Shown one piece after another: positions 50,521-59,533 of a stretch of 64,000 bases of DNA. Below the pieces are notes generated by a model that saw only the letters and a list, made by a program, of their open reading frames with translations, was not told the DNA's origin and made no database searches. Position numbers and translations under genes: made by a program. Each line of letters opens with the position of its first letter. The stretch's first letter is position 1. The stretch comes from Rhodocyclaceae bacterium (GTDB lineage: Bacteria > Pseudomonadota > Gammaproteobacteria > Burkholderiales > CAIKXV01), in the NCBI GenBank assembly GCA_020248265.1, contig JADCHX010000011.1:262670-326669 (forward strand), given 5' to 3'.

Positions 50521-51681
50521 TCAGCCCGCCCGCGGCGGGCGCTGGTCGAAGCTGCGGCCGAACACGCCCTCGGCGACACGCTGCTTGAGGATTTCAAGCG
50601 AGCCGCCAGCGATCATCCAGCCGCGTGTCTTGCGGAACATGTATTCGATCAGCGACTCGTCGCTGTAGCCCATGCCGCCCATCACCTGCATCGCGAAGTT
50701 GCAGGCGTCGAAGCCGACCTGGTTGCAGGTGTGCTTGGCAATCGCGGTATCCATCTGGGTCGGGATGCCCGCCTGGCCACCCGACAGCGCGGCACGGTAG
50801 AGCAGCAGTTGAGCGGCCTCGAGGCGCATCTTCAGTTCCGCGAACTGCCACTGCAGGCCCTGGAACTCGCACAGCGGGCGGCCGAACTGCTTGCGATCCA
50901 TCGCCCACTGGCGGGCGGTCTCGAATGCCAGTTGTCCGTAGGCCAGCGAGCGGGCGCAGTTGCCCATGCGCTCGACGTTGAAGCCGGCAATCTGCTTCTT
51001 GAAGCCGCCTTCCTTCAGCAGCACGTTCTCCGGCGGCACGTAGACGTCCTCGAAGTAGAGCTGCGCCCACTCCTCGCCGGACAGGAACTTCGATGTCTTG
51101 CCGATGCGGAAGCCGGGAGCACCGCGCTCGATCAGCACCGATCCGATGCCGCCGACGCCCGGTGCGTAGCGCACGTACACGAGGTACACGTCTGCATAAG
51201 GACCATGCGTGTTGAAGACCTTGGTGCCAGTCACCCGGTAGCCGTCACCGTCGGGCTTCGCGGTCGTCTTCAGGTCGGTGACCGCCGAGCCGGCTTCGGG
51301 CTCGGTCATGCCCAGGCAGATCACGGTCTCGCCGCGCAGCAGCGGCTTGAGATACTTCTCTTTCTGCGCCGGGGTGCCGTATTCGGCAAACACGCGGATC
51401 GGGCCGAAGTTGCCGGCCTGTATCACGTCGGCGCTGCGCGGGCACACCTTCGCGACTTCCTGGATGGCGATCACTGCATCGAGCAGCGTGCCGCCCTGGC
51501 CGCCATCGGCTTCCGGCAGGGTTATGCCCATCAGGCCCTGTTCGGCCATCAGTCGTCCGACATCGGCCGGATGCTCGGGCGCATGCGCGCGCTTGAGTGC
51601 GTCGGCGCGAAGGTGCCGCTCGGCGAAGCCGCGCACGGCGTCCTGGAAAAGCTGCTGGTCTTCAGACAGGTCGAAGTTCAT
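50521..51681 (-). CDS. acyl-CoA dehydrogenase
   Basis: Internal ATG ('MNFDLSEDQQLFQDAVRGFAE') preceded by GGAGGA. 386 aa. 'GLGMTEPEAGS', 'EIYEG-like IAGGSLEILK'. Confidence 0.88.
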   Translation of the reverse strand: MNFDLSEDQQLFQDAVRGFAERHLRADALKRAHAPEHPADVGRLMAEQGLMGITLPEADGGQGGTLLDAVIAIQEVAKVCPRSADVIQAGNFGPIRVFAEYGTPAQKEKYLKPLLRGETVICLGMTEPEAGSAVTDLKTTAKPDGDGYRVTGTKVFNTHGPYADVYLVYVRYAPGVGGIGSVLIERGAPGFRIGKTSKFLSGEEWAQLYFEDVYVPPENVLLKEGGFKKQIAGFNVERMGNCARSLAYGQLAFETARQWAMDRKQFGRPLCEFQGLQWQFAELKMRLEAAQLLLYRAALSGGQAGIPTQMDTAIAKHTCNQVGFDACNFAMQVMGGMGYSDESLIEYMFRKTRGWMIAGGSLEILKQRVAEGVFGRSFDQRPPRAG

Positions 51682-51866
51682 GGTCCTCCTCGGGACTGCT
51701 TGCGTCGTGATCGAGTCTATCACCCTGCCCTCCTCGCTATTGCCGCGCTGCCCGCCAGCCCGGGGGCTGTTGACTGGACGCCGGGATGCGGATAAACCAG
51801 CGTTTAGCCTGCGGCGCGATGGCCTTCGACGAAAGGCGACGGCAGGCCGACGGAGGAACTGTAACC

Positions 51867-52910
51867 ATGGATGAAGAGAAATCCCGGCCCGGGCACTGGC
51901 CGGACAACCGCCTGTGCAGGCTGTCCCTGATCGGGGCGATCGGGTCGCTCGCGCTCGTCGCGGCGGTGCCGTCGCCCGTGCATGCGCAGCCCGGTGCACA
52001 GAAGCTCGACTGGCCGCAGCGGCCGGTGCGGTTGGTGGTGCCCTTTGCACCCGGTGGCGGCACCGACATCGTCGCCCGCCTGCTTGCGCCGACGCTCGCC
52101 GAGTCAATCGGCCAGCCGGTCGTCGTCGACAACCGGTCGGGCGCGGCAGGCAACATCGCGATGGAGATCGTTGCACGTGCGCAGCCCGACGGGCATACGG
52201 TACTGGTAAGCAACGTGTCGACCGCCTCGATCAACCCGATCCTCTACGCCGGTACGCTCAAGTTCGACCCGCTGAAGGAACTCTCCGGGGTGACGCTGCT
52301 GGCGGCGATCCCGAACCTGCTGGTGTCCGGTGCCGGATTTCCGCCGGGCAGCTTCAAGGAACTTCTTGCGTATGCTCGAGCCCGCCCCGGGCAGCTGAAC
52401 TACTCGACTCCGCTAGGGGGCTACTCGCACCTCGACATGCTCGACCTCGCCAGCCGCACAGGCATGAAGCTGGTCAACGTGCCGTCGAAGGGCGCGGGCT
52501 CGTCGGCGGCCAGCATCATCAGCGGCGAGATCCATTTCTCGATCGCCAATGCCGCATCGACCACGCCGCAGGTGAAGGCCGGGCGCATGAAGGCCTACGC
52601 CACGACTGCGCCGAAGCGGCTGTCCGACCTGCCCGAGGTGCCCACGTTCGCCGAACTTGGTCTGCCCGGTGTCGGGAGCGACAACTGGAATGGCCTGTTC
52701 GTGCCGGCCCGTACGCCACGCGCGATCGTCAACCGGCTTCATCAGGCCACGGTCGAGGTGCTGCAACGCCCGGCGATCGTCGAGTCGTATGCGAAGGTGG
52801 CGGTGCCGGTGGCGACGAGCCGCTCGCCCGAGGAATTCGATGCGTACGTGAAGTCCGAGGTCGGGCGCTGGGCCCGGATCATCAAGGAAAACCAGATCAG
52901 GCTCGACTGA
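51867..52910 (+). CDS. Bug-family (TctC-like) substrate-binding protein
   Basis: ATG 9 nt after GGAGGA. 'VRLVVPFAPGGGTDIVARLLAP', 'VDNRSGAAGNIA', 'NVPSKGAGSSAASIISG'. Confidence 0.85.
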   Translation: MDEEKSRPGHWPDNRLCRLSLIGAIGSLALVAAVPSPVHAQPGAQKLDWPQRPVRLVVPFAPGGGTDIVARLLAPTLAESIGQPVVVDNRSGAAGNIAMEIVARAQPDGHTVLVSNVSTASINPILYAGTLKFDPLKELSGVTLLAAIPNLLVSGAGFPPGSFKELLAYARARPGQLNYSTPLGGYSHLDMLDLASRTGMKLVNVPSKGAGSSAASIISGEIHFSIANAASTTPQVKAGRMKAYATTAPKRLSDLPEVPTFAELGLPGVGSDNWNGLFVPARTPRAIVNRLHQATVEVLQRPAIVESYAKVAVPVATSRSPEEFDAYVKSEVGRWARIIKENQIRLD

Positions 52911-52974
52911 GCCTGCATTCGACAAGGGGGAGGGCGGCATGGCAGCAGCAGCGGTGGCAGCAGGCGTGGATGTC

Positions 52975-54663
52975 ATGAGCAGGGTGTCGCAGCCGGTGGA
53001 GTGCGAACTGATCGTCGAGAAGGACGTGCAGGTGCCGATGCGCGATGGCACGATCCTTTCATGCGACGTGTTCCGGCCGGCGATTCCCGGCAAGGTGCCC
53101 GCGATCATGAACATCAGCGTCTACCAGAAGGACAAGCTTTGGATCCCGCCTGCCGACCTCGAGGAGGCGGCCAACCCGTACATGAACTGGGAGACGGTCA
53201 ACCCGCTGTGGTGGTGCCCGCGCGGCTATGCCTGCGTGCGCGTCGATTCGCGTGGCACCGGCAAGTCGCATGGCCGCTGCGAGCCCAGTTCGTACCAGGA
53301 GGCGCTTGATTTCCACGACGCGATCGAGTGGATCGCGAAGCGTGACTGGTGTTCCGGCAACATCGGTACCTGCGGCATCTCGTACCACGCGAGCTCTCAG
53401 TGGCGCGTGGCCAAGCTGAAGCCGCCGTCGCTCAAGGCGATCATCCCGTGGGAGGGGCGCGCCGACCAGTACCGAGACCAGGGCTACCACGGCGGCATCT
53501 TCGCGCTGGGCTTCATTGCCAACTGGGTCGCCACGCACACGGCACACCACCTGCTCGGCCGGCCGCGCAGCTACAACCCGGATTCGTTCCAGCCGGACAT
53601 GCTCTACAACCTGATGCGCAACGACCTCGACTCGATGTTCTGGCGCCTGTGCAGCGCCGACTGGGACGCCACCGAGGTGCCGCTGTACAGCGCCGGCAAT
53701 TGGGGAGGCTTCGCGCTGCACCTGCGCGGCAACACCGAGGGCTTCACCCGCGCGAAGTCGAAGCACAAGAAGCTTCGCGTACACACCGGCACCCATTTCC
53801 ATCCGTTCCACTCGGAAGAGGGCCGGCTTGACCAGTTGCGCTTCTTCGACCACTGGTTGAAGGGCAACGACACCGGCATCATGGACGAGCCGCCGGTGAA
53901 GCTCGAGATCCGCACCGGCGGCAGCCCGAAGCCGTACGCATTCCGCTTCGAGAACGAGTGGCCGCTAGCGCGCACGCAGTGGAAGAAGATGTACCTGCGC
54001 TTCGACCGCGAGCAATCTCACGACGCCGCGGATGTCGAGGGGCTGATGGTCGACACACTGCCGTCGGACGAGACGTCGGTAAGCTACCCGGCGAGCGGCG
54101 TCACCGCCGCCGGCGTGGCATCGGGCTCGTCGCTGTCGACCACGCACGGCGGTGGCGGCCGGCTCGGCGTGTCGGTGCAGACCGAGCCGATGGCCGCGGA
54201 CACCGAGATCACCGGCCCGCTGTCGATGACGCTCTATGTGTCGAGCACCAGCGAGGACATGGACCTGATGCTGACGCTGCGCAACGTCGGCCCTGACGGC
54301 AAGGACGTGCCCGAGGTCGGACAGCACGGCCAGCCAGTGCCGCTCACCAAAGGATGGTTGAGGGCCTCGCATCGCAAGCTCGATCCGGCCCTGTCGACGC
54401 CACATCGTCCGTACCACTCGCACGACGAGCGCCTGTGGCTATCGCCGGGCGAGGTCGTCGAATGCAACGTCGAGATCTGGCCCACCTGCATCGTGCTGCA
54501 GAAGGGACACCGGCTGCGCGTCGACATCCAGCCGCGCGACGGCATCGGCTCGGCACCCTACACCCACTACCACGCAGACTATAACGCCGGCGCCGAGAAC
54601 ACCCTGCACGCCGGCGGAATCTATCCGTCGCACATCCTGCTGCCGGTGATTCCGGCGAAATGA
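52975..54663 (+). CDS. CocE/NonD-family (S15 X-Pro dipeptidyl-peptidase-like) serine hydrolase
   Basis: 'VPMRDGTILSCDVFRP', 'YACVRVDSRGTGKSHG', nucleophile elbow 'GISYHA'. The start is 52975 ('MSRVSQP') or 52939. Confidence 0.8.
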   Translation: MSRVSQPVECELIVEKDVQVPMRDGTILSCDVFRPAIPGKVPAIMNISVYQKDKLWIPPADLEEAANPYMNWETVNPLWWCPRGYACVRVDSRGTGKSHGRCEPSSYQEALDFHDAIEWIAKRDWCSGNIGTCGISYHASSQWRVAKLKPPSLKAIIPWEGRADQYRDQGYHGGIFALGFIANWVATHTAHHLLGRPRSYNPDSFQPDMLYNLMRNDLDSMFWRLCSADWDATEVPLYSAGNWGGFALHLRGNTEGFTRAKSKHKKLRVHTGTHFHPFHSEEGRLDQLRFFDHWLKGNDTGIMDEPPVKLEIRTGGSPKPYAFRFENEWPLARTQWKKMYLRFDREQSHDAADVEGLMVDTLPSDETSVSYPASGVTAAGVASGSSLSTTHGGGGRLGVSVQTEPMAADTEITGPLSMTLYVSSTSEDMDLMLTLRNVGPDGKDVPEVGQHGQPVPLTKGWLRASHRKLDPALSTPHRPYHSHDERLWLSPGEVVECNVEIWPTCIVLQKGHRLRVDIQPRDGIGSAPYTHYHADYNAGAENTLHAGGIYPSHILLPVIPAK

Positions 54664-54669
54664 TGAAGG

Positions 54670-54785
54670 GGGGTCAGGTCTTGAGTTTTGCATCTTTCTG
54701 CGAGGATGCAAAAATCAAGACCTGACCCCGGATGCTCGAGACCTGACCCCGGATGCTCGGGGGTCTGACCCCAGGGTCAGACCCC
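54670..54785. repeat. REP-like hairpin/repeat cluster in a convergent intergenic spacer (possible bidirectional terminator)
   Basis: 25-bp stem (1 mismatch) 54670-54694 / 54705-54729 with a 10-nt loop. A 21-nt unit AGACCTGACCCCGGATGCTCG occurs twice in tandem (54718-54738, 54739-54759). GGGGTCTGACCCC / GGGTCAGACCCC palindromes at 54760-54785. No U-tracts. Confidence 0.8.
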
Positions 54786-54808
54786 ACTATAAGGTGCCGG
54801 TCCGGTCC

Positions 54809-56089
54809 TCAGGACAGCGTGGCGGAGACCCAGCGGGCGGCGTCGAGCAACTGGCGGTCGCGGTTGCGGTGGCCGATCAGCTGGGCGCCGATCGGCATGC
54901 CGCTGGGGCCAGTAAACAGCGGCAGGGTCAGGCAGGGTACGTGCATCGCGGTCCAGAGCGCCGAGAAGTACGGGTTGCCAGTGGTGCTGGTCCCGATTGG
55001 TGCCTCGCCATTGCACGGTGCAGTGAGCAGCAGGTCGCAGTCGCCGACCAGGGCGGGCAACTCGGCGCGCAGGCCTTCGAGGAAGGTGCGCGCCTCGAGG
55101 TAGCGCTCGAAGGTGCAGCCCAGGCCATCCTTGAGGCGGCCTTCGCGAAGCTGTTCGCTGATCAGGTTCCAGTGGTGGGTCACTTCATGCCGGAAGTTGC
55201 GGGCGAACTCGAAGCTGGACACCCACCTGTGCGCATCCAGCACGTCGGCGAAGCCTGACGGCAGGTCGATGTCGATCACCTGCGCGCCGGCGGCCGACAG
55301 GCGCTGTGCGGCATCCTCGAGCAGCGCAGCGGCCGGTGCTTCGATCTGCGCCCAGAGGTGGCTGCGGCAGAAGCCGATCTTCGGTTTCGGCGGCGTGCCC
55401 TCCAGCGGTTGCCACGGTCGGCCGAGCAGTACGTCGCGCAGCAGCGAGATGTCCTCGATCGAGCGTGCCATCAGGCCGAGCGAGTCGAGCGAACCAGCCG
55501 CTTCGCGCACGCCCGACAGCCGCAGGTCGCCCCAGGTCGGGCGGTAGCCGACCACGCCGCAGAAGGCGGCCGGGCGGATCGTCGAGGCCGTGGTCTGGGT
55601 GCCCAGCGCCAGCGGCACCATCATCGCGCCGACTGCAGCTCCGGAGCCGCTCGAAGAGCCGCCCGGTGTGCGCCGCGGATCGTGCGGGTTCTTCGTCTTG
55701 CCTGGGGTGAGGTTGGCGAACTCGGTGGTGACGGTCTTTCCGAACAGCACACCGCCTGCCTCGCGCTGGAGTGCAACGCAGGCCGCGTCGTTTCGAGTCT
55801 GCGTACCGCGGTAGATCGGCGAGCCGTACTCGGTCGGCATGTCGAAGGTGTCGATGATGTCCTTCACGCCGAACGGGATGCCGTGCAGCGGCCCGCTCAC
55901 CGGGCCGCGATCGAGTTCACGCGCTCGCGCGATCGCAGCATCGCTGGCGAGGTACTGCCAGGCATCGACTTGGGGTTCGCGCTCGGCGATACGCTCCAGG
56001 CAGGAGCGTGCGAGCGCCTCCGCGGTGAGGGTTCCGGCATCCATCTGCGTGCGCGCTTCGATGGCGGTGAGCTGGAAGGGGGCTTTCAT
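54809..56089 (-). CDS. amidase-signature (AS) family amidase
   Basis: Internal ATG ('MKAPFQLTAIEARTQMDAG'). 'GGSSSGSGAAVGA', 'TQTTASTIRPAAFCG'. Confidence 0.88.
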   Translation of the reverse strand: MKAPFQLTAIEARTQMDAGTLTAEALARSCLERIAEREPQVDAWQYLASDAAIARARELDRGPVSGPLHGIPFGVKDIIDTFDMPTEYGSPIYRGTQTRNDAACVALQREAGGVLFGKTVTTEFANLTPGKTKNPHDPRRTPGGSSSGSGAAVGAMMVPLALGTQTTASTIRPAAFCGVVGYRPTWGDLRLSGVREAAGSLDSLGLMARSIEDISLLRDVLLGRPWQPLEGTPPKPKIGFCRSHLWAQIEAPAAALLEDAAQRLSAAGAQVIDIDLPSGFADVLDAHRWVSSFEFARNFRHEVTHHWNLISEQLREGRLKDGLGCTFERYLEARTFLEGLRAELPALVGDCDLLLTAPCNGEAPIGTSTTGNPYFSALWTAMHVPCLTLPLFTGPSGMPIGAQLIGHRNRDRQLLDAARWVSATLS

Positions 56090-56119
56090 CGGGTCGATGC
56101 TCCGGGTTGCGGTTGACGG

Positions 56120-56398
56120 GTGGGGCACGCGCGAGGGTACACCGGCAGTGCCGGCGTCCGGCGTCCGGGGTTCCCGATCGAACCCGCGCCTGGCCAGGAA
56201 TCCGTATGGGACTATCCGCGCCCGCTGCAGCTCGCGCCGGATCATCGCGAGGTCGTGATCATCGCTGCCGGCACCGAGGTCGCGCGCACGGGCCGCGCGA
56301 TGTGCGTGCTGCCCCAGCCTGGACAGTTCTATGCTCGCTGGGCGGCACCCGACGTGTTCGGGCCGTTCAAGGGCGAGCCCGGCATCGGAGTCTGGTGA
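56120..56398 (+). pseudogene. DUF427-like ORF, apparently degenerate/truncated; overlaps the ackA 3' end by 70 nt
   Basis: The N-terminal half matches the DUF427 signature I remember ('PGQESVWDYPRP...VVIIAAGTEVARTGRAMCVL'). The expected 'ETSHPP.YY.P' and 'C.WKG.A.Y' regions are only vaguely present ('PQPGQFYARW', 'FKGEPGIGVW*'). Confidence 0.4.
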
Positions 56399-57585
56399 AC
56401 CTGCACGAGCGCCAGCGTCTGTCGCGCGACCACGGCTTCTTCGTTGGTCGGGATCACGAACGCCGGCACGCGGCTGTCCCGGGTCGTGATGCAGGCGGTG
56501 CCCGAATCGTTTGCCGCGGCATCGAGCTGCAGCCCCATCCAGCCCAGTGCGTCGACGACCCGCGCGCGTACCGCCGTCGCGTGCTCGCCGATGCCGGCAG
56601 TGAATACCAATGCATCCAGCCCGCCGACCGCCGCGGCCAGCGAACCGACCTCGCGCACGATGCGATGGCAGTACAGGTCCACGGCCAGCGCCGCAGCCGG
56701 TGAGTCAGAGGCGAGCAGCGTGCGCATGTCGTGCGACAGCCCTGACACCCCGAGCAGGCCCGACTCGCGATAGAGCTTGCGTTCCAGCGTCGCCGCGTCG
56801 AGGCTGGCATGGCGCAGCAGGTGAAGCACCGCGCCCGGATCGAGCGTGCCGCAGCGGGTGCCCATCATCAGGCCGTCCAGCGCGGTGAACCCCATCGTGG
56901 TCGCGCGACTGCGCCGCCCATGCATCGCGCACATCGACGCGCCGTTGCCGAGGTGGGCCACCACCACGCGGCGCTCGGCCAGCGGCCCGATGCGCGCGGG
57001 CAGTTCGGAGGCGATGTACTCATAGGAGAGTCCGTGGAATCCGAACCTGCGCACGCCGAGCGCGCGCAGGTCGGCACCGAGTGCGAACGTGCGCTCGACC
57101 GTGTCCAGCGTCGCGTGGAATGCGGTGTCGAAACAGGCGACCTGATGGATGTCCGGCCTGAGCGCGGCCATCGCGCGGATCGGCGCGATGCTTGCCGGTT
57201 GGTGCAGCGGCGCGAGCACGGTCAGTGCCTCGATCGCATCGACCACCGCCGCATCGACGATTACCGGGGCCAGAAAGTGTTCCCCGCCATGCACCACTCG
57301 GTGTCCGATCGCGCGCAGGACCAGGTTGTCGTCGTGCGCGTCGATCCAGTGCAGCAGGTGCGCCAGGGCCTCGGAATGCGTCCAGGTGCCCGGGCGCAGT
57401 TGGCCCAGGTTCTGGTCGACGATACGGCGGCCGACGGCGTCCGTCACCAGGAAACGCGGGTCCTCGTCGAGGTCTTCGAGCTGCCCGCGGAACAGTGGCT
57501 CGATGGCCTGATCTCCGTGGCACACGAAGAGCGCGAACTTCAGGCTGGAGGAGCCTGCGTTGAACGTGAGGATGCTGTCGGTCAT
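56329..57585 (-). CDS. ackA: acetate (propionate) kinase
   Basis: 418 aa. 'ILTFNAGSSSLKFALF', 'GHRVVHGG', 'FGFHGLSYEY', 'HLGNGAS', 'IPTNEEAVVA'. The last ~24 aa form a non-conserved-looking tail. Confidence 0.9.
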   Translation of the reverse strand: MTDSILTFNAGSSSLKFALFVCHGDQAIEPLFRGQLEDLDEDPRFLVTDAVGRRIVDQNLGQLRPGTWTHSEALAHLLHWIDAHDDNLVLRAIGHRVVHGGEHFLAPVIVDAAVVDAIEALTVLAPLHQPASIAPIRAMAALRPDIHQVACFDTAFHATLDTVERTFALGADLRALGVRRFGFHGLSYEYIASELPARIGPLAERRVVVAHLGNGASMCAMHGRRSRATTMGFTALDGLMMGTRCGTLDPGAVLHLLRHASLDAATLERKLYRESGLLGVSGLSHDMRTLLASDSPAAALAVDLYCHRIVREVGSLAAAVGGLDALVFTAGIGEHATAVRARVVDALGWMGLQLDAAANDSGTACITTRDSRVPAFVIPTNEEAVVARQTLALVQVHQTPMPGSPLNGPNTSGAAQRA

Positions 57586-57637
57586 CGGGATTCCGGGCCG
57601 AATCGCCGATCGGTGCGAAGCCCGTGCGCGGTGGTGT

Positions 57638-58591
57638 TCAGGGGGGGGACGCGGCGAGCCGTGCCACGGCGCAGGAGGCCAGGCGCGAACTGCGACCGTC
57701 GGCGCGGCTTGTCAGGATCACCGGAACGCGCGCGCCCAGCACCAACCCGGCTGCGAACGCGCCGCTGAAGAACACCAGTTGCTTGTACATCATGTTGCCG
57801 GCCTCTATGTCCGGTGCGACCAGGATGTCGGGCCGGCCCGACACCGGCGAGACGATGCCCTTGATCCGCGCGGCTTCTGCCGACAGCGCATTGTCCAGGG
57901 CCAGCGGTCCGTCTAGCATGCCGCCGCTGATCTGCCCGCGGTCGGCCATCTTGCACAGGGCGGCTGCATCGAGGGTCGCCGGCATCTTCGGGTTCACGGT
58001 CTCTACCGCCGCGAGCAGCGCAACCTTCGGCACCGGGACGCCCAGGGCATGGGCCAGTTCGATTGCGTTCTGAACGATGTCGCGCTTGGCCTCGAGGTCC
58101 GGCGCGATGTTGACCGCGGCATCGGTAATGATGAACAGCCGCGGATGGGCGGGCACACCCATCACGAACGCATGGCTGATCCGGCGCGCGGTGCGCAGCC
58201 CCGATTCGCGCGCTACCACGGCAGCCATCAGCTCGTCGGTATGCAGGCTGCCCTTCATGATCGCGGTCACCTCGCCATCGCGGGCGAGGCGCGCGCAGTG
58301 CATTGCCGCCTGCACTGGATCGGGCGTGTCGACCACCCGGCAGCCGCGCAGGTCGAGCGATTCGCGTTCGGCCAGCGCACGGATGTCCTGCACCGGCCCG
58401 ACCAGCCACGGCTCTATCAGGCCCTCGGCTGCCGCATCGACGGGTCCTGCGAGTGCGTCGCGCGAAAGCGGCCAGGCGACCGCAGTGGCTGCAGGCGGCA
58501 ACGCGCGCGCGCGGGCCAGCAGGGTATCCAGATGATTGCCGTCGGGGGCGTGTGGGGGCGTGTGGGGCGTGCGGGTCGGGAGGTCAGCCAT
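57638..58591 (-). CDS. pta: phosphate acetyl/butyryl-transferase (PTA_PTB family, short form)
   Basis: 317 aa. 'KGSLHTDELM', 'PDILVAPDIEAGNMMYKQL', 'PVILTSRAD'. Confidence 0.78.
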   Translation of the reverse strand: MADLPTRTPHTPPHAPDGNHLDTLLARARALPPAATAVAWPLSRDALAGPVDAAAEGLIEPWLVGPVQDIRALAERESLDLRGCRVVDTPDPVQAAMHCARLARDGEVTAIMKGSLHTDELMAAVVARESGLRTARRISHAFVMGVPAHPRLFIITDAAVNIAPDLEAKRDIVQNAIELAHALGVPVPKVALLAAVETVNPKMPATLDAAALCKMADRGQISGGMLDGPLALDNALSAEAARIKGIVSPVSGRPDILVAPDIEAGNMMYKQLVFFSGAFAAGLVLGARVPVILTSRADGRSSRLASCAVARLAASPP

Positions 58592-58613
58592 GGTCGATCG
58601 TCGGTTGGCGCCG

Positions 58614-58955
58614 TCAGTCCTTGATGGTCCAGTGGGTGCACAGGCCGAACAGCGACATCCAGAGCGCAGCCAGGACGCCGGACCAGAACAGGCTGGCGAT
58701 GTAGAAGCCCGGCACCAGCCATGCGACCAGCATCAGCATCGAGGCATTGATGACCACCAGGAAGAGTCCCAGCGTGAGGAGTGTGATCGGCAGGGTCAGC
58801 AGCACCAGTACCGGGCGTACGAGCGCGTTCACCAGCCCGAGCAGCAGCGCCGAGACGAGCAGAGCCTGCCAGCCGGAAGCGGTGACGCCCGGAACGATCT
58901 CGGTGGCAACCCATAGCCCGATTGCATTGAGCGCCCAGCGCAGCAGCAGTTTCAT
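58614..58955 (-). CDS. small 4-TM membrane protein, DUF360 / 'phage holin 4_2' family
   Basis: 113 aa. 'LRWALNAIGLWVATEIVPGV ... LLGLVNALVRPVLVLLTLPITLLTLGLF'. Confidence 0.75.
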   Translation of the reverse strand: MKLLLRWALNAIGLWVATEIVPGVTASGWQALLVSALLLGLVNALVRPVLVLLTLPITLLTLGLFLVVINASMLMLVAWLVPGFYIASLFWSGVLAALWMSLFGLCTHWTIKD

Positions 58956-59112
58956 CCGACGTTATCCACTTCGACCATGACGGGAAAGCATACACGCGGG
59001 ATCGCCGGAAGCGTTGACAGGGGTGGCGCAATCGCGATCGGGCACGGATTCTGCCGGCGCGCGCGCTATAATTACGCCCTTTGTGCTTTTACCCTTTTCT
59101 CCGGAGTGCGCG

Positions 59113-59499
59113 ATGCCGATCTACGCCTATCGATGCGCCTCCTGCGGCTTCGAACAGGATGTGCTGCAGAAGGTGAGCGAAGATCCACTGACCGACTGTC
59201 CGTCATGTGGCAAGCCGACCCTGGCCAAGCAGGTCACCGCCGCAGGATTCCAGCTGAAAGGCTCCGGCTGGTACGTCACCGATTTCCGCGACAGCGGCAA
59301 GAAGCCGGCCGAAGGCTCCACCTCGGTACCCAGCCCCAAGACGGAAGCACCGAAGGCTGCAGGCAGCGATGCGGCACCGACGCCGGCTGGCGAGCCGGCG
59401 AAGCCGGCGGCGAGTGTCTCTGCCGCCGCACCCGTCGCGTCCACCCCTGCTGCGCCGGCAGCCACCCCGTCCACCAGCGGCAAGCCGGCGGCCCAGTGA
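59113..59499 (+). CDS. FmdB-family zinc-ribbon protein with Ala/Pro-rich tail
   Basis: 'MPIYAYRCASCGFEQDVLQKVSEDPLTDCPSCG' (CxxC...CxxC), then 'GSGWYVTDF'. Confidence 0.85.
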   Translation: MPIYAYRCASCGFEQDVLQKVSEDPLTDCPSCGKPTLAKQVTAAGFQLKGSGWYVTDFRDSGKKPAEGSTSVPSPKTEAPKAAGSDAAPTPAGEPAKPAASVSAAAPVASTPAAPAATPSTSGKPAAQ

Positions 59500-59533
59500 C
59501 CGCCGGCAGTTCGCACACCGCTGGCCGACGGCA

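Noticed and set aside
57641-57648. G8/C8 homopolymer at the extreme 3' end of pta as a phase-variation switch.
   Set aside because: It encodes the last codons ('SPP*'). Slippage would alter only the C-terminal tail. G/C runs of 6-8 nt occur elsewhere in this GC-rich window (e.g. near 225, 17492 and 54668), so it is not distinctive.
58614-58955. 'Phage holin 4_2' family protein as evidence of a prophage.
   Set aside because: No phage structural, lysis, integrase or repressor genes are nearby. To my knowledge DUF360 proteins are common chromosomal membrane proteins, and the neighbours are pta and a zinc-ribbon gene.
59014-59072. Perfect TTGACA (59014-59019) and perfect TATAAT (59067-59072) upstream of the FmdB-like gene, as one promoter.
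   Set aside because: They are 47 nt apart, far beyond the 16-19 nt spacing of a sigma70 promoter. The TATAAT may still be a -10 element with a weak -35, but I cannot support a promoter call.
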